From the NCBI GenBank assembly GCA_903813345.2, contig CAIIXF020000001.1, positions 29,202,001 to 29,266,000 on the forward strand: 64,000 nucleotides of DNA, in the 5' to 3' direction. Both the position numbers and the translations under genes were made by a program. Positions 25,616 to 38,900 of the stretch are shown piece after piece. The notes below the pieces were generated by a model. It was not told the origin of the DNA, made no database searches, and was given only the letters and a program-made list of their open reading frames with translations. This DNA comes from Owenia fusiformis (taxonomy: Eukaryota). How positions within the stretch are numbered: position 1 is the stretch's first letter; each line of letters starts with the position of its first letter.

Positions 25616-25917
25616 TTATGGACGTGACCTCTTCTGAAGCAGTAATTGTCTCAGAGAATTTGCTTCTTCTCGTAGTGTGGCCACTTGAGCGCGTAAAATT
25701 GCATTTTCTTTTTCCAAGAAGCTGGCTCTAATAGCGATTTCATCTTCCCGGGCTTTCCGAGCATCCCTTGATTTTTTAGCTGCCTGGTTGTTGCGCTTTC
25801 TTCGGTCAAAATACTTGTCATCTTTTGCATCATCAGGGATTGGTTTCTTCTCACTGCGGGGACGTTTCTGTGACTGCTGGCTGATGGCAACAGCGTGTGC
25901 AAGAGCTGGGGCAGAAC
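25616..25917 (-). CDS. PAR-bZIP transcription factor (ces-2-like / Drosophila CG7786-like), last coding exon with the bZIP domain
   Basis: KKPIPDDAKDDKYFDRRKRNNQAAKKSRDARKAREDEIAIRASFLEKENAILRAQVATLREEANSL is a PAR-type extended basic region plus leucine zipper. Acceptor TCTTCCAG, phase 1. Stop at 25616-25618. Confidence 0.93.
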
Positions 25918-26284
25918 CTGGAAGACATAACAATATTTAAATTAACACCTGTTGGTGTATTGAGGTAAGACAATGTGGTGTCACAATGAAACAACCAAAC
26001 ATCCCGTTGTTAAGGCAATTAACATGAGGAACCTGGCCTTGAATAACCCAAAGTTATCAACATGTAATACAAATCAAGGTCACTTTTATCATAACATCTG
26101 ATTCAACTGCATATAACCATGTACAAGACATGGACATGTATTTTGCAACCTAAAAGCAACATAAAATATATAAAAACACATTTTAACATATTAATGTAAT
26201 GTTGAAGATACATTTTAAATGAATGGCCTAATCTGCACATCCCTAATGGCTGTGTCTGTATATGCAAGAACAATACATTAACTT

Positions 26285-27010
26285 TATCCCGTTCCAGGAC
26301 TATAGTCCTGTACGGAGCCAATACATTTGCCTGTACGATTACAACTTGGGAGAATTATCTACGCCCCTTCCACTTAAGAAACCTACCTCAATGCATTCTA
26401 CAACTCAAAATGTAACTTCTAATATATTGGAACCGCCGATTGTCTGGGTTAGTTGGCAGAACGAGGTCTTTTTGTTTCTTATGGCTCTTTTGGTCGAAGT
26501 TCGATTAAGATGGCGGTTATAACGGAATTTTCCGAACTCTTCCGTAATAGCACGAACTTGGTTTTTCGTTACGTCACTTCCGTGTAAAATGGATTTGTTT
26601 CGGGTAAGAGGACAATATTTTCAATATTTACTGCCATGTCGACATCCTATGCTCTTAACTGTATACCGAATGGTTAAACAATGTTTCTTACCGGAAACAA
26701 ATCCATTTTACATGGAAGTGAAGTAACGAAAAACCAAGTTCGTGCTATTACGGAAGAGTTCGGGAAATTGCGTTATAACCGCCATCTTAATCGAACTTCG
26801 ACCAAAAGAGCCATAAGAAACAAAAAGACCTCGTTCTGCCAACTAACCCAGACAATCGGCGGTTCCAATATATTAGAAGTTACATTTTGAGTTCTAGAAT
26901 GCATTGAGGTAGGTTTCTTAAGTGGAAGGGGCGTAGATAATTCTCCCAAGTTGTAATCGTACAGGCAAATGTATTGGCTCCGTACAGGACTATAGTCCGG
27001 GAACAGGATA
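26285..27010. mobile_element. 726-bp foldback element with TIRs of about 330 bp (Mutator/Foldback-like MITE)
   Basis: TATCCCGTTCCAGGACTATAGTCC ... GGACTATAGTCCGGGAACAGGATA. ACATTAACTT is duplicated at 26275-26284 and 27011-27020. Unique spacer of about 60 bp. Confidence 0.88.
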
Positions 27011-29518
27011 ACATTAACTTAGTTCTGAAGCCATCAATAACCATAATGCTGTCACTTTTGTCAACTATTACGCAGAATTATTGTAATGGTTAACATTTGT
27101 ATGACATTTCCAGTTCATCAAAATGAACCCTCATGGTCATAGTATAGGTCAGTGACAGGACTGTCATAATATAAATCTAGCTGTCAGTGATCATGACAGG
27201 ATTACTGACAGGATATTGTAAAAGTACACCACACCAATTCAATTCAAATAAAACTAACTTATGAATGGGTGTTTTGATTTTCTTTTTAAGTTATAGTTAT
27301 AAGTAATAGTTAGGTTTTAGGCGTAAATCCTCATGTAAAGCTCTTTATTCTCTTCATTTTTTTAACATGAATACCAAACCATGTGATAGTTCAATTTGCA
27401 ATGTTTTCGCAAATCTATACTATGCAAAAGAAATAACATATGCATGTTCTAACCACTATCAATTTATGATGATGTGTTCCCAACTGGTTATATTGCAAAA
27501 TGTCACCACCTGCCATTTCTTACAGATGACAACTGCCAAACACTGACCGCTAAACACTTTCCGCAAAAAGGTTAAAAACAATAATAATACATAAAACATT
27601 TAATGTTTTAAATTAATAAGCATAGCGTTGTTGTATAAAATGAATTTGCAATGCATCCATCAATTACATGCAGTCAAGTTCACTTCCAATTAACTATTGG
27701 GCAATATGTTACATTCAGTATTATATAAGAAGCCTGAGTCTACATTAAATATCCACATACAATCACATGTACTGACACGCTTAGTTCAGAGAACATAGGA
27801 AGAGAACATAGGGACAACTCAAGGGCTCTGTCAAGTGTTCTTGTTCAAATATACTGTTAGACCAATTTTCCAAAGTTCCAAACATTCCCTTTTCAAGATC
27901 AAGAAATAATCCTCTGGACAAAATCTGAATTCTTATACTCAAAGGAAGTATCCTGGAATTAAATATTTTCAAAGAAGGCTGCCAGGACGTCTCTAATCCC
28001 AACACCTCTCAATATGAACACTTTTCAGCCCCATTTTTTAAAATTGCCATAGACGTCCATGTTAAAAGACCTCTCAATATGAACACTTTTCAAGTACTTT
28101 TGGTTGGTTTAGACAGGTTATACTGAATAAGGAGCCCTTAACCAAAATATCAAAAAATCAAAGTTCCTGAAAGTATTCTGAAGTTGTAAAAATGTGGAGC
28201 ATGTTAAATTTTTAACATGTTAAGTCAAAATGAACTTTGCTGAAAATAATTGTTTGAAATGAGCACTGAGTAAAAGTTACAATAATGTTTCAATATTGGT
28301 CAATTCTGGACTAACAATGACGTCAGGAAATGACCATGTATTATATATATTCATATAATAGACCCCATAATCTATAAGTAAATAAAAGTATGAATGTCTG
28401 GAATAATAGGTATAAGAAAGCTCAAAAGAAATGGAAATGTGATTAATAAAGATTATTCTAACATTTCGCTGCTAAAATAACGGATACACAAGAAATGACA
28501 AAACACTTATTAACCACTTCATTATTTTGAAGTTTGTATATAAGAAAGGACTGCAAACTGAATTTTTGAATATACAATGAAAATGAAACAGGAAAAACCT
28601 AATACATAAATTCTCAGACAATTAATCAAAGTTCCATGAAGCAGAGTATACTTAGGTCAGTGCTTATAATAGATATGAGTCACTATCAAAACTGAGGTAT
28701 GTGGCATTATCTAATGCCAGTGACCCGTTATGATCAGGTGTTATATACTGTGTCTGTATACTTTAAATTTTATAGGCACTCCAAGATGACCCCTGCATTA
28801 TACCCCAGTCTCAAAAGCCCATCCCTTTGTCCCCTAGCCATACTGTCATCCAGTATTACATCACTAATTGAGATGGTCACTTTAGTATTGAATTCGGCAC
28901 TTTGTTCATGACAGGCCCTTACATTGTCAAGTTATCATCTATTTGGTTTGGATATTTATCAGTGGTTTATAACATGAACTGTTGACCTGCAATAACTAGC
29001 AAGATTGCAAAACCTTATGTGCATGTTATAAGCCATGAGAATTACTGTTTTAATTACCATTACATTAATGTTGGGTCATCGGCTGGTCAATGTCTATTAC
29101 AGCATAATCTCCTCTTTGCCGATACCCGCCTAAGCTATTTACAGACAATGTTTGCTCTTTCAATGAACATATGTAATCTTATGACTGAACATATAGATTT
29201 TATTGAATCATACATTCGCTGTTTGGATGGTTATATAGTGACCACCAATATTACAATCAGTTATTGTAATGTGCGTTCACTAGTTTAGCCGCCAGCATTT
29301 GTATACATAACACACATATAACGTCCACTAAAGCCAACTAATACCAAATGTGAATATAACCAATAGTTAAGATATTGAAAATAGTCACATATAGCTCAAA
29401 TTTAAAAAATAGAAATCTGAATATCTTGCTGTAGTAATCAGTGTTTTTTGTAGAAAGATATCATATTTTTGGCAAATTTTTACTAAACCATCAAACACAG
29501 GTTTTAAACATTGAGATT

Positions 29519-29670
29519 TATAGGATATCCTATGATTTTGAGGAATACCATTTTTATCTACGAGGTGATATTGATATCTGCACGAGAGAGCGAAGCGAAC
29601 GAGTGCATATATCAATATCACCGAGTAGATTAAAATGATATTCTGAAAAAAATCATAGGATGTTCTTATT
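29519..29670. mobile_element. Imperfect hairpin element centred on GAGCGAAGCGA
   Basis: Arms cctatgatttt..atctacgaggtgatattgatatctgcac and gtgcatatatcaatatcaccgagtagat..aaaatcatagg. Confidence 0.65.
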
Positions 29671-29986
29671 ATCCTACACTTACAAGGAGTGTACTAAATG
29701 TATAATAATATCATTGCAAAATGAATTTCATGCAAAACAGAGTCACTTTGGCGGGAAATCAACAAGCGGGGTATATCGTCACAATATCCTCCGCATATTG
29801 GGTTTTCTTGCAGATATCATATCCATCATGGATAATAATCATATCACGCATACATTTCTAGATATATCCCCATCGAATTAATATCTGGTTGTTTTTACAA
29901 CATCTTCTATTCCAGTCAAGAAACTGCAAGCACTGCATCTGCATACCAATGAAGATATAAAAATTTGGTTTCATGAAAAAGTTAAT

Positions 29987-32900
29987 AACTAGAGATCTAA
30001 CGATCTAAGATTGCAAGCAATCTTACGGAGGCCCCGTAGATACCACCTAATTTGATGACCTTGACCTTTGACCATGAAAATTTTACTTTTTCAGAGCTCA
30101 GTATGTCTTTTGTGATTAAGCGGACTTTAATTTGAATCCAAAAAGTCAATTTGTAAAATCAACTTTTTTTACCTTTCGAAGGTCACAGAAGGTCAACTAA
30201 AGGTCAAAGGCCAAATTTGAGGTCAGATTTGAACTCCTGAGACTTTGTAGACGCTTTTTTTAAAAAAAATTGGTCAATTTGAAGCAAGTTGAAATTGACC
30301 ATGAAAATTTTCGAAATTTGACTTTTTTTCAGTCCTTGAGTCTTATATCTCAAAACTGGTGCAAAATTTTAATAGATAGTCAATTCCTTATATGTGAAGT
30401 ACCTCTAGAGGAATATATATCCTGACTTTCAACCAAAAATATTGATTTGTAGTCTCGAATTTTGAGAAACTTAGATAGCACAGTTTGTGACCTAATTTGA
30501 TGACCTTGACCTTTGACCTTAAAAATTTTACTTTTTCAGAGCTCAGTATGTCCTTTGTGATTAAGCTGACCTAAATTTGAATCCAAAAAATCAATTTGAA
30601 AAATCAACTTTTTTGACCTTTCGAAGGTCACAGAAGGTCAACTAAAGGTCATAGGTCAAAACTAAGGTCAGATTTGAGTTCCTGAGATCTTGTAGATGCT
30701 TTTTAAAAAAAAAATTGGTCAATTTAGAGCAAGTTGAAATTTGACCTTGAAAAATTTCAAAATTTGACCTTTTTTCAGTTGTTCAGTTCTAATATCTCAA
30801 AACTGGAGCAAAATTTTAATAAATAGTCAATTGCTAATATGTGTAGAACCTTTAGAGGAATATATATTCTGACTTTCAGTAAAAAAAATTGATTTGTAGT
30901 CTCCAATTTTGAGAAACTTAGAAAACACAGTTTGTGATTTCGTTTGATGACCTTGACCTTTGACCTTGCAAATTTTACTTTTTTAGACCTCAGTGGGTCT
31001 TTTGTGAATAAATATACCTAAATTTGAATCCAGAAAATCGAGTTGAAAAATCAACTTTTTTGACCTTTCGGAGGTCACTGGAGGTCAACCAAAGGTCAAA
31101 GGTCAAAAGTAAGGTCAGATTTGGAATCCTTAGAACTTGTAGATGAGTTTTAAAAAAAAATCTGGTTCATTTGAAGCAAGTTGAAAAATGACCGATTTTT
31201 GCCGATTTTTGACGTCAAATATCTCAAAAACGGTGAAAAATTAACGCGTACATATAGTGAGCAATTTGTAGAGAATGCTCATATCTAGTTACATTTTAAT
31301 TCATCGCAAGAAATAATGAAGTATGAGGACGAAATCTGAGAAACTTAAAAAAAGCTTAGATTTGACCTAGATTTTGACCTTTGACCTTGACCTAGATATG
31401 AACTAATTTCCCGACAAGTCCAGCTCATGTCCCTAGTAGGAGCATATAAGAGTTAATTCAGACCTAGCTAGAAGTAGGAGAAAAAGTGCTAAAAAGAATA
31501 ATAAGAAGAACTAGACTTTTGAAGATTGCAAGCAATCTCATGGAGGCCCTCTTAGGCATTTTTGACAATTTGAAGGTCAACTAAAGGACAAATATCAAAT
31601 CTGAGGTCAGATGGGAACTCCTGAAAACTTGTAGATGATTTTCAAAAAAAGATTTTGTCAATTTGAAGCGAGTTTAAATTTGACCTTGAAAGATTTCGAA
31701 ATTGACCTTTTTTCAACTTTTGAACTCTTATATCTCAAACTGGGACAAAATTCAATTAGATAGTCAATTGCTAATATGTGTACAACCCTTAGAGGAATGT
31801 GGTTATTTCGACTCAGGATTAAAAATATTGGTTTGTAGTCGAACTTTGCGAAACTTAGATAGCACAGTTTGTGACCTAATTTCATGATCTTGACCTTTGA
31901 CTTTGAAAAGTTTTACTTTTTCAGACCTCAGTAGGACTTTTGTAATTAAGCTGACCTAAATTTGAATCCAAAGACTCAATTTAAAAAATCAATTTTTCTT
32001 ACCTTTCGAAGGTCATTGAAGGTCAATTAAAGTTCAAAGGTCAAATCTGAGGTCAGATTTGGACTCCTGGGAACTTGTAGATGAGTTATAAAAAAAAATT
32101 GGTCAGATTAAAGCAAGTTGAAAAATGACCTTTTTTGACCGTTTTTTTTACGTCAAATATCTCAAAAACGGTAAAAATTTAATGCTGACATATAGTGAAG
32201 AATTTATAGAGAATACCAAAATGTAGTTTCAGTTTAATTCATCGCAAGAAATAACGAAGTATAAGGACAAAGTTGAGAAACTTGAAAAAAATTTAGATTT
32301 GACCTAGATCTTGACCTTTGACCTAATTTGATAACCGTGACCCTTGACCTTGAAAATTTTACTATTCTAGAGCTCAGTAGTTTTTTTTTGATTAGGCCAA
32401 CCCTAAATTTGAGTCCAAAAACTCAATTTGAAAAATCAACTTTTCTGACATTTCAAAGGTCACTGAAGGTCAACTAAAGGTCAAATGTCAAATCTGAGGT
32501 TAAATATGAACTCCTGAGAAGTTGAAGATGATTTTTTAAAAAAAGTTGCTTGAATTTGAAGGAAGATAAAATTTGACCTTATAAACTTTGAAAAAATGAC
32601 CTTTTTTAGTTTTTGAGCTCTTATATCTCAAAAGTGGGACAAAATCTTAATAAATAGTCAATGACTAATATGTGTAGAACCCTTAGAGAAAAGTATATCT
32701 TGACTTTCAATTAAAAATATTGATTTGAAGTCTTGAAGTATGAGAAACTTAGATAGCACAGTTTGTGACCTAATTTGATGACCTTGACCTTTGACCTTGA
32801 AATTTTTACTTTTTGAGACCTCAGTAGGCTTTTTGTAATTAGACTGACCTAAATTTGAATCCAAAGACTCAATTTGAAAAATCAACTTTTCTGACCTTTC

Positions 32901-35900
32901 GAAGGTCACTGAAGGTCAACTAAAGGTCATAGGTCAAAACTAAGGTCAGATTTGAGTTCCTGAGATCTTGTAGATGCTTTTTAAAAAAAAGGTTGGTCAA
33001 TTTAGAGCAAGTTGAAATTTGACCCTCAAAAATTTCGAAATTTGACCATTTTTCAGTTTTTGAGTTCTAATATCTCAAAACTGGAGCAAAATTTTAATAA
33101 ATAGTCAATTGCTAATATTTGTAGAGCCTTTAGAGGAATATATATTCTGACTTTCAGTAAAAAAAATTGATTTGTAGTCTCCAATTTTGAGAAACTTAGA
33201 AAACACAGTTTGTGATTTCGTTTGATGACCTTGACCTTTGACCTTGCAAATTTTACTTTTTTAGACCTCAAAAGGTCTTTTGTGAATAGATATACCTAAA
33301 TTTGAATCCAGAAAATCAATTTGAAAAATCAACTTTTTTGACCTTTCGGAGGTCACTGAAGGTCAACCGAAGGTCAAAGGTCAAATCTGAGGTCAGATTT
33401 GGACTCCTGGGAACTTGTAGATGATTTTTAAAAAAAAATTTGGTCAGATTGAAGCAAGTTGAAAAATGACCTTTTTTGACCGTTTTTTGACGTCAAATAT
33501 CTCAAAAACGGTAAAAATTTAATGCTGACATATAGTGAACAATTTGTAGAGAATACTTAAATGTAGTTTCAGTTTAATTCATCGCAAGAAATAATGAAGT
33601 ATGATGACAAACTTGAGAAACTTGAAAAAAAACTTAGATTTGACCTAGATTTTGACCTTTGACCTTGACCTAGATAAAAAATATTTTCCCCCCTATTCCA
33701 GGCAAGGTTACTAGTAGGATCATATAGTAGGTAGTTGAAAGGTAGTTGGAAGTAGGAGAAAAATGCTTTAGAAGAATAACTAGAGATCTAACGATCTAAG
33801 ATTGCAAGCAATCTTACGGAGGCCCTATATTCGTTTCTGAACATTCAAAGGCCAGCCAAAGGTCAAATCTCTAATACAAGGTCATATGTGAACTCCAGAC
33901 AACTTGTAGATGATTTTTAAAAAAGGTTTGGTCGAATTAATGCAAGTTAAAATTTGACCTTGAAAAATTCCGAAATTTGACCTTTTTTCAGTTTTTGAGC
34001 TATAATATCTCAAAACTGGAGCCAAATTTTAATAGATAATCAATTGCTAATATGTGTAGAACCGTTAGTAGAGGAATATATATTCTGACTTTCATTTAAA
34101 ATATTGATTTGTAGTCTCCAATTTTGAGAAACTTAGAAAACACAGTTTGTGATTTCGTTTGATGACCTTGACCTTTGACCTTGCAAATTTTACTTTTTTA
34201 GACCTCAGAAGGTCTTTTGTGAATAAATATACCTAAATTTGAATCCAGAAAATCGATTTGAAAAATCAACTTTTTTGACCTTTCGGAGGTCACTGAAGGT
34301 CAACCAAAGGTCATAGGTCAAAAGTAAGGTTAGATTTGGAATCCTGAGAACTTGTAGATGAGTTTTAAAAAAGAAATTTGTCAATTTGAAACAAGTTGAA
34401 AATTAGTCTTGAAAAGTTTCGAAATTTGACCTTTTTTCAGTTTTTGAGTTCCAATATCTCAAAACTGGTACACAATTTTAATAAATAGTCAATTGCTAAT
34501 ATGTGTAGAACCCATAGAGAAATATATATCCTGACTTTCAGTAAAAAAAATTGATTTGTAGTCTCCAATTTTGAGAAACTTAGAAAACACAGTTTGTGAT
34601 CTTGTTTGATGACCTTGACCTTTGACCTTGCGAATTTTACTTTTTTAGACCTCAGTATATCTTTTCTGATTAAATAAACCTAAATTTGAATCCAGAAAAT
34701 CAATTTGAAAAATCAATTTTTTTTACCTTTCGAAGGTCACTGAAGGTCAACTAAAGGTCATAGGTCAAAATTAAGGTCAGATTTGAGTTCCTGAGATCTT
34801 GTAGATGCTTTTTAAAAAAAAGTTTGGTCAATTTAGAGCAAGTTGAAATTTGACCTTGAAAAATTTCGAAATTTGACCTTTTTTCTGTTTTTGAGTTCTA
34901 ATATCTCAAAACTGAAGCAAAATTTTAATAAATAGTCAATTGCTAATATGTGTAGAACCTTTAGAGGAATATATATTCTGACTTTCAGTAAAAAAAATTG
35001 ATTTGTAGTCTCCAATTTTGAGAAACTTAGAAAACATAGTTTGTGATTTCGTTTGATGACCTTGACCTTTGACCTTGCAAATTTTACTTTTTTAGACCTC
35101 AGGAGGTCTTTTGTGAATAAATATACCTAAATTTGAATCCAGAAAATCGATTTGAAAAATCAACTTTTTTGACCTTTCGGAGGTCACTGAAGGTCAACCA
35201 AAGGTCACAGGTCAAAAGTAAGGTCAGATTCGGAATCCTGAGAACTTGTAGATGAGTTTTAAAAAAAAATTTGGTCAATTTGAAGCAAGTTGAAAAAAGA
35301 CCTTTTTTGACCTTTTTTTGACCTTCAATATCTCAAAATCTAGGCAAAATGTCTCTAGACGGCAAAAGGCTAAGACTAATAGAATACTAATATCTATCTA
35401 AATGCAAAAATTCAGCCAAAAATATTGAAGTGTAGTGTCAGGATTTGAGAAACTTGAAAAAAACTTAGATTTGACCTAGATTTTGACCTTTGACCTTGAC
35501 CTAGATAAAAATTCCTTTCCCCCCAAGTTCAGCCAAGGTCCCTAGTAGGTGCATATAGTAGATAGTTGAAAGGTAGTTGGAAGTAGGAGAAAAAGGTTTA
35601 GGAAGAATAAATAAATAAAGAATAATAATAACTAGAAGATTGCAAGCAATCTTATGGAGGCCCTGTAGGCATTGCCAATTAGAAGGTCAACTAAAGGTTA
35701 AATATCAAATTTAAAATCATATATGAACTCCAGACAACTTGTAGATGATTTTTAAAAAAGATTTTGTCGAATTAATGCAAGTTGAAATTTGACCTTGAAA
35801 AATTCTGAAATTTGACCTTTTTTCAGTTTTTGAGCTATAATATCTCAAAACTGGAGCCAAATTTTAATAGATAATCAATTGCTAATATGTGTAGAACCTT

Positions 35901-38900
35901 TAGAGGAATATATATTCTGACTTTCAGTAAAAAAAATTGATTTGTAGTCTCCAATTTTGAGAAACTTAGAAAACACAGTTTGTGATTTAGTTTGATGACC
36001 TTGACCTTTGACCTTGCAAATTTTACTTTTTTAGACCTCAGAAGGTCTTTTGTGAATAAATATAGCTAAATTTGAATCCAGAAAATCGATTTGAAAAATC
36101 AACTTTTTTGACCTTTTGGAGGTCACTGAAGGTCAATCAAAGGTCAAAGGTCAAAAGTAAGGTCAGATTTGGAATCCTGAGAACTTGTAGATGAGTTTTG
36201 AAACAAAATTTGGTCAATTTGAAGCAAGTTGAAATTTAGTCTTGAAAAGTTTCAAAGTTTGACCTTTTTTCAGTTTTTGAGTTCTAATAACTCAAAACTG
36301 GTACACAATTTTAATAAATAATCAATCGCCAATATGTGAAGAACTTATAGAGGAATATATATCCTGACTTTCATGAAAAAATATTGATTTGTAGTCACCA
36401 ATTTTGAGAAACTTAGAAAACACAGTTTGTGATTTAGTTTGATGACCTTGACCTTTGACCTTGCAAATTTTACTTTTTTAGACCTCTTAAGGTCTTTTGT
36501 GATTAAATGCACCTAAATTTGAATCCAGAAAATTGATTTGAAAAATCAACTTTTTTGACCTTTCGGAGGTCACTGAAGGTCAAATAAAGGTCAAATGTCA
36601 AAAGTAAGGTCAGATTTGGAATCCTGACAACTTGTCGATGAGTTTTAAAAAAAAATTGGTCAATTTGAAGCAAGTTGAAATTTAGTCTTGAAAAGTTTCG
36701 AAATTTGACCTTTTTTCAGTTTTTGAGTTCCAATATCTCAAAACTGGTACACAATTTTAATAAATAGTCAATTGTTAATATGTGTAGAAACTATAGAGGA
36801 ATATATATCCTGACTTTCATGAAAAAATATTGATTTGTAGTCTCCAATTTTGAGAAACTTAGAAAACACAGTTTGTGATTTAGTTTGATGACCTTGACCT
36901 TTGACCTTGCAAATTTTACTTTTTTAGACCTCAGTGGGTCCTTTGTGATCAAATATACCTAAATTTGAATCCAGAAAATCAATTTGAAAAAACAACTTTT
37001 TTTACCTTTCGAAGGTCACCGAAGGTCAACCAAAGGTCGGAGGTCAAAAGTAAGGACAAATTTGAGTTCCTGAGATCTTGTAGATGATTTTTAAAAAAAA
37101 ATCTGGTTCATTTGAAGCAAGTTGAAAAATGACCGATTTTTGCCGATTTTTGACGTCAAATAACTCAAAAACGGTAAAAAATTAACGCGTATATATAGTG
37201 AGCAATTTGTAGAGAATGCTTATATCTAGTTACATTTTAATTCATCGCAAGAAATAATGAAGTATGAGGACGAAATCTGAGAAACTTAAAAAAAGCTTAG
37301 ATTTGACCTAGATTTTGACCTTTGACCTTGACCTAGATAAAAATTCCTTTCCCACCAAGTTCAGCCCAGGTCCTTAGTAGGACTATGTAGTAGCTAGTTG
37401 AAAGTTAGTTGGAAGTAGGAGAAAAAGAGGGAGGAAGAATAAATAATAACTAGAAGATTGCAAGCAATCTTACGGAGGCCCCGTAGGCTTTTTTTGAACA
37501 TTTAAAGGTCAGCCAAAGGTCAAATCTTAAATGCAAGGTCCTATATGAACTCCAGGCATCCTGTAGATGATTTTTAAAAAAAGGTTTGGTCAATTTGAAG
37601 CAATGTGAAATTTGACCTTGAAAAATTTCAACATTAGACCTTTTTCAGTTTTTGAGGTCCAATATCTCAAAACTGGTGCAGAATTTTAATAGATAATAAA
37701 TTGTTAATACGTGTAAAACCTTTAGAGGAATATATATCCTGACTTTAATTCAAAAATATTGATTTGTAGTCACAAACTTTGAGAAACTTAGAAAACACAG
37801 TTTGTGATCTTGTTTGATGACCTTGACCTTTGACCTTGAAAACTTTACTTTTTAGACCTTAGTATATCTTTTCTGATTGAATAAATCTAGATTTGAATCC
37901 AGAAAATCAATTTGAAAAATCAACTTTTTTGACCTTTCGAAGCTATAATGAGCTATAATATCTCAAAACTGGAGCCAAATTTTAATAGATAATCAATTGC
38001 TAATATGTGTAGAACCTTTAGTAGAGGAATATATATTTGACTTTCATTTAAAAATATTGATTTGTAGTCTCCAATTTTGAGAAACTTAGAAAACACAGTT
38101 TGTGATTTCGTTTGATGACCTTGACCTTTGACCTTGCAAATTTTACTTTTTTAGACCTCAGAAAGTCTTTTGTGAATAAATATACCTAAATTTGAATCAA
38201 GAAAATCGATTTGAAAAATCAACTTTTTGGACCTTTCGGAGGTCACTGAAGGTCAACCAAAGGTCAAAGGTCAAACGTAAGGTTAGATTTGGAATCCTGA
38301 GAACTTGTAGATGAGTTTTAAAAAAAAATTGGTCAATTTGAAGCAAGTTGAAATTTAGTCTTGAAAAGTTTCGAAATTTGACCTTTTTTCAGTTTTTGAG
38401 TTCCAATATCTCAAAACTGGTACACAATTTTAATAAATAGTCAATTGCTAATATGTGTAGAACCTATAGAGGAATATATATTCTGACTTTCATGAAAAAA
38501 TATTGATTTGTAGTCTCCAATTTTGAGAAACTTAGAAAACACAGTTTGTGAATTCGTTTGATGACCTTGACCTTTGACCTTGCAAATTTTACTTTTTTAG
38601 ACCTCAGAAGGTCTTTTGTGAATAAATATACCTAAATTTGAATCAAGAAAATCGATTTGAAAAATCAACTTTTTGGACCTTTCGGAGGTCACTGAAGGTC
38701 AACCAAAGGTCAAAGGTCAAAAGTAAGGTTAGATTTGGAATCCTGAGAACTTGTAGATGAGTTTTAAAAAAAAAATTGGTCAATTTGAAGCAAGTTGAAA
38801 TTTAGTCTTGAAAAGTTTCGAAATTTGACCTTTTTTCAGTTTTTGAGTTCCAATATCTCAAAACTGGTACACAATTTTAATAAATAGTCAATTGCTAATA

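Noticed and set aside
25616..25917. Naming the bZIP gene HLF, TEF, DBP or giant
   Set aside because: The basic region fits the ces-2/CG7786-like subgroup better, but orthology needs a phylogeny, so no symbol was assigned.
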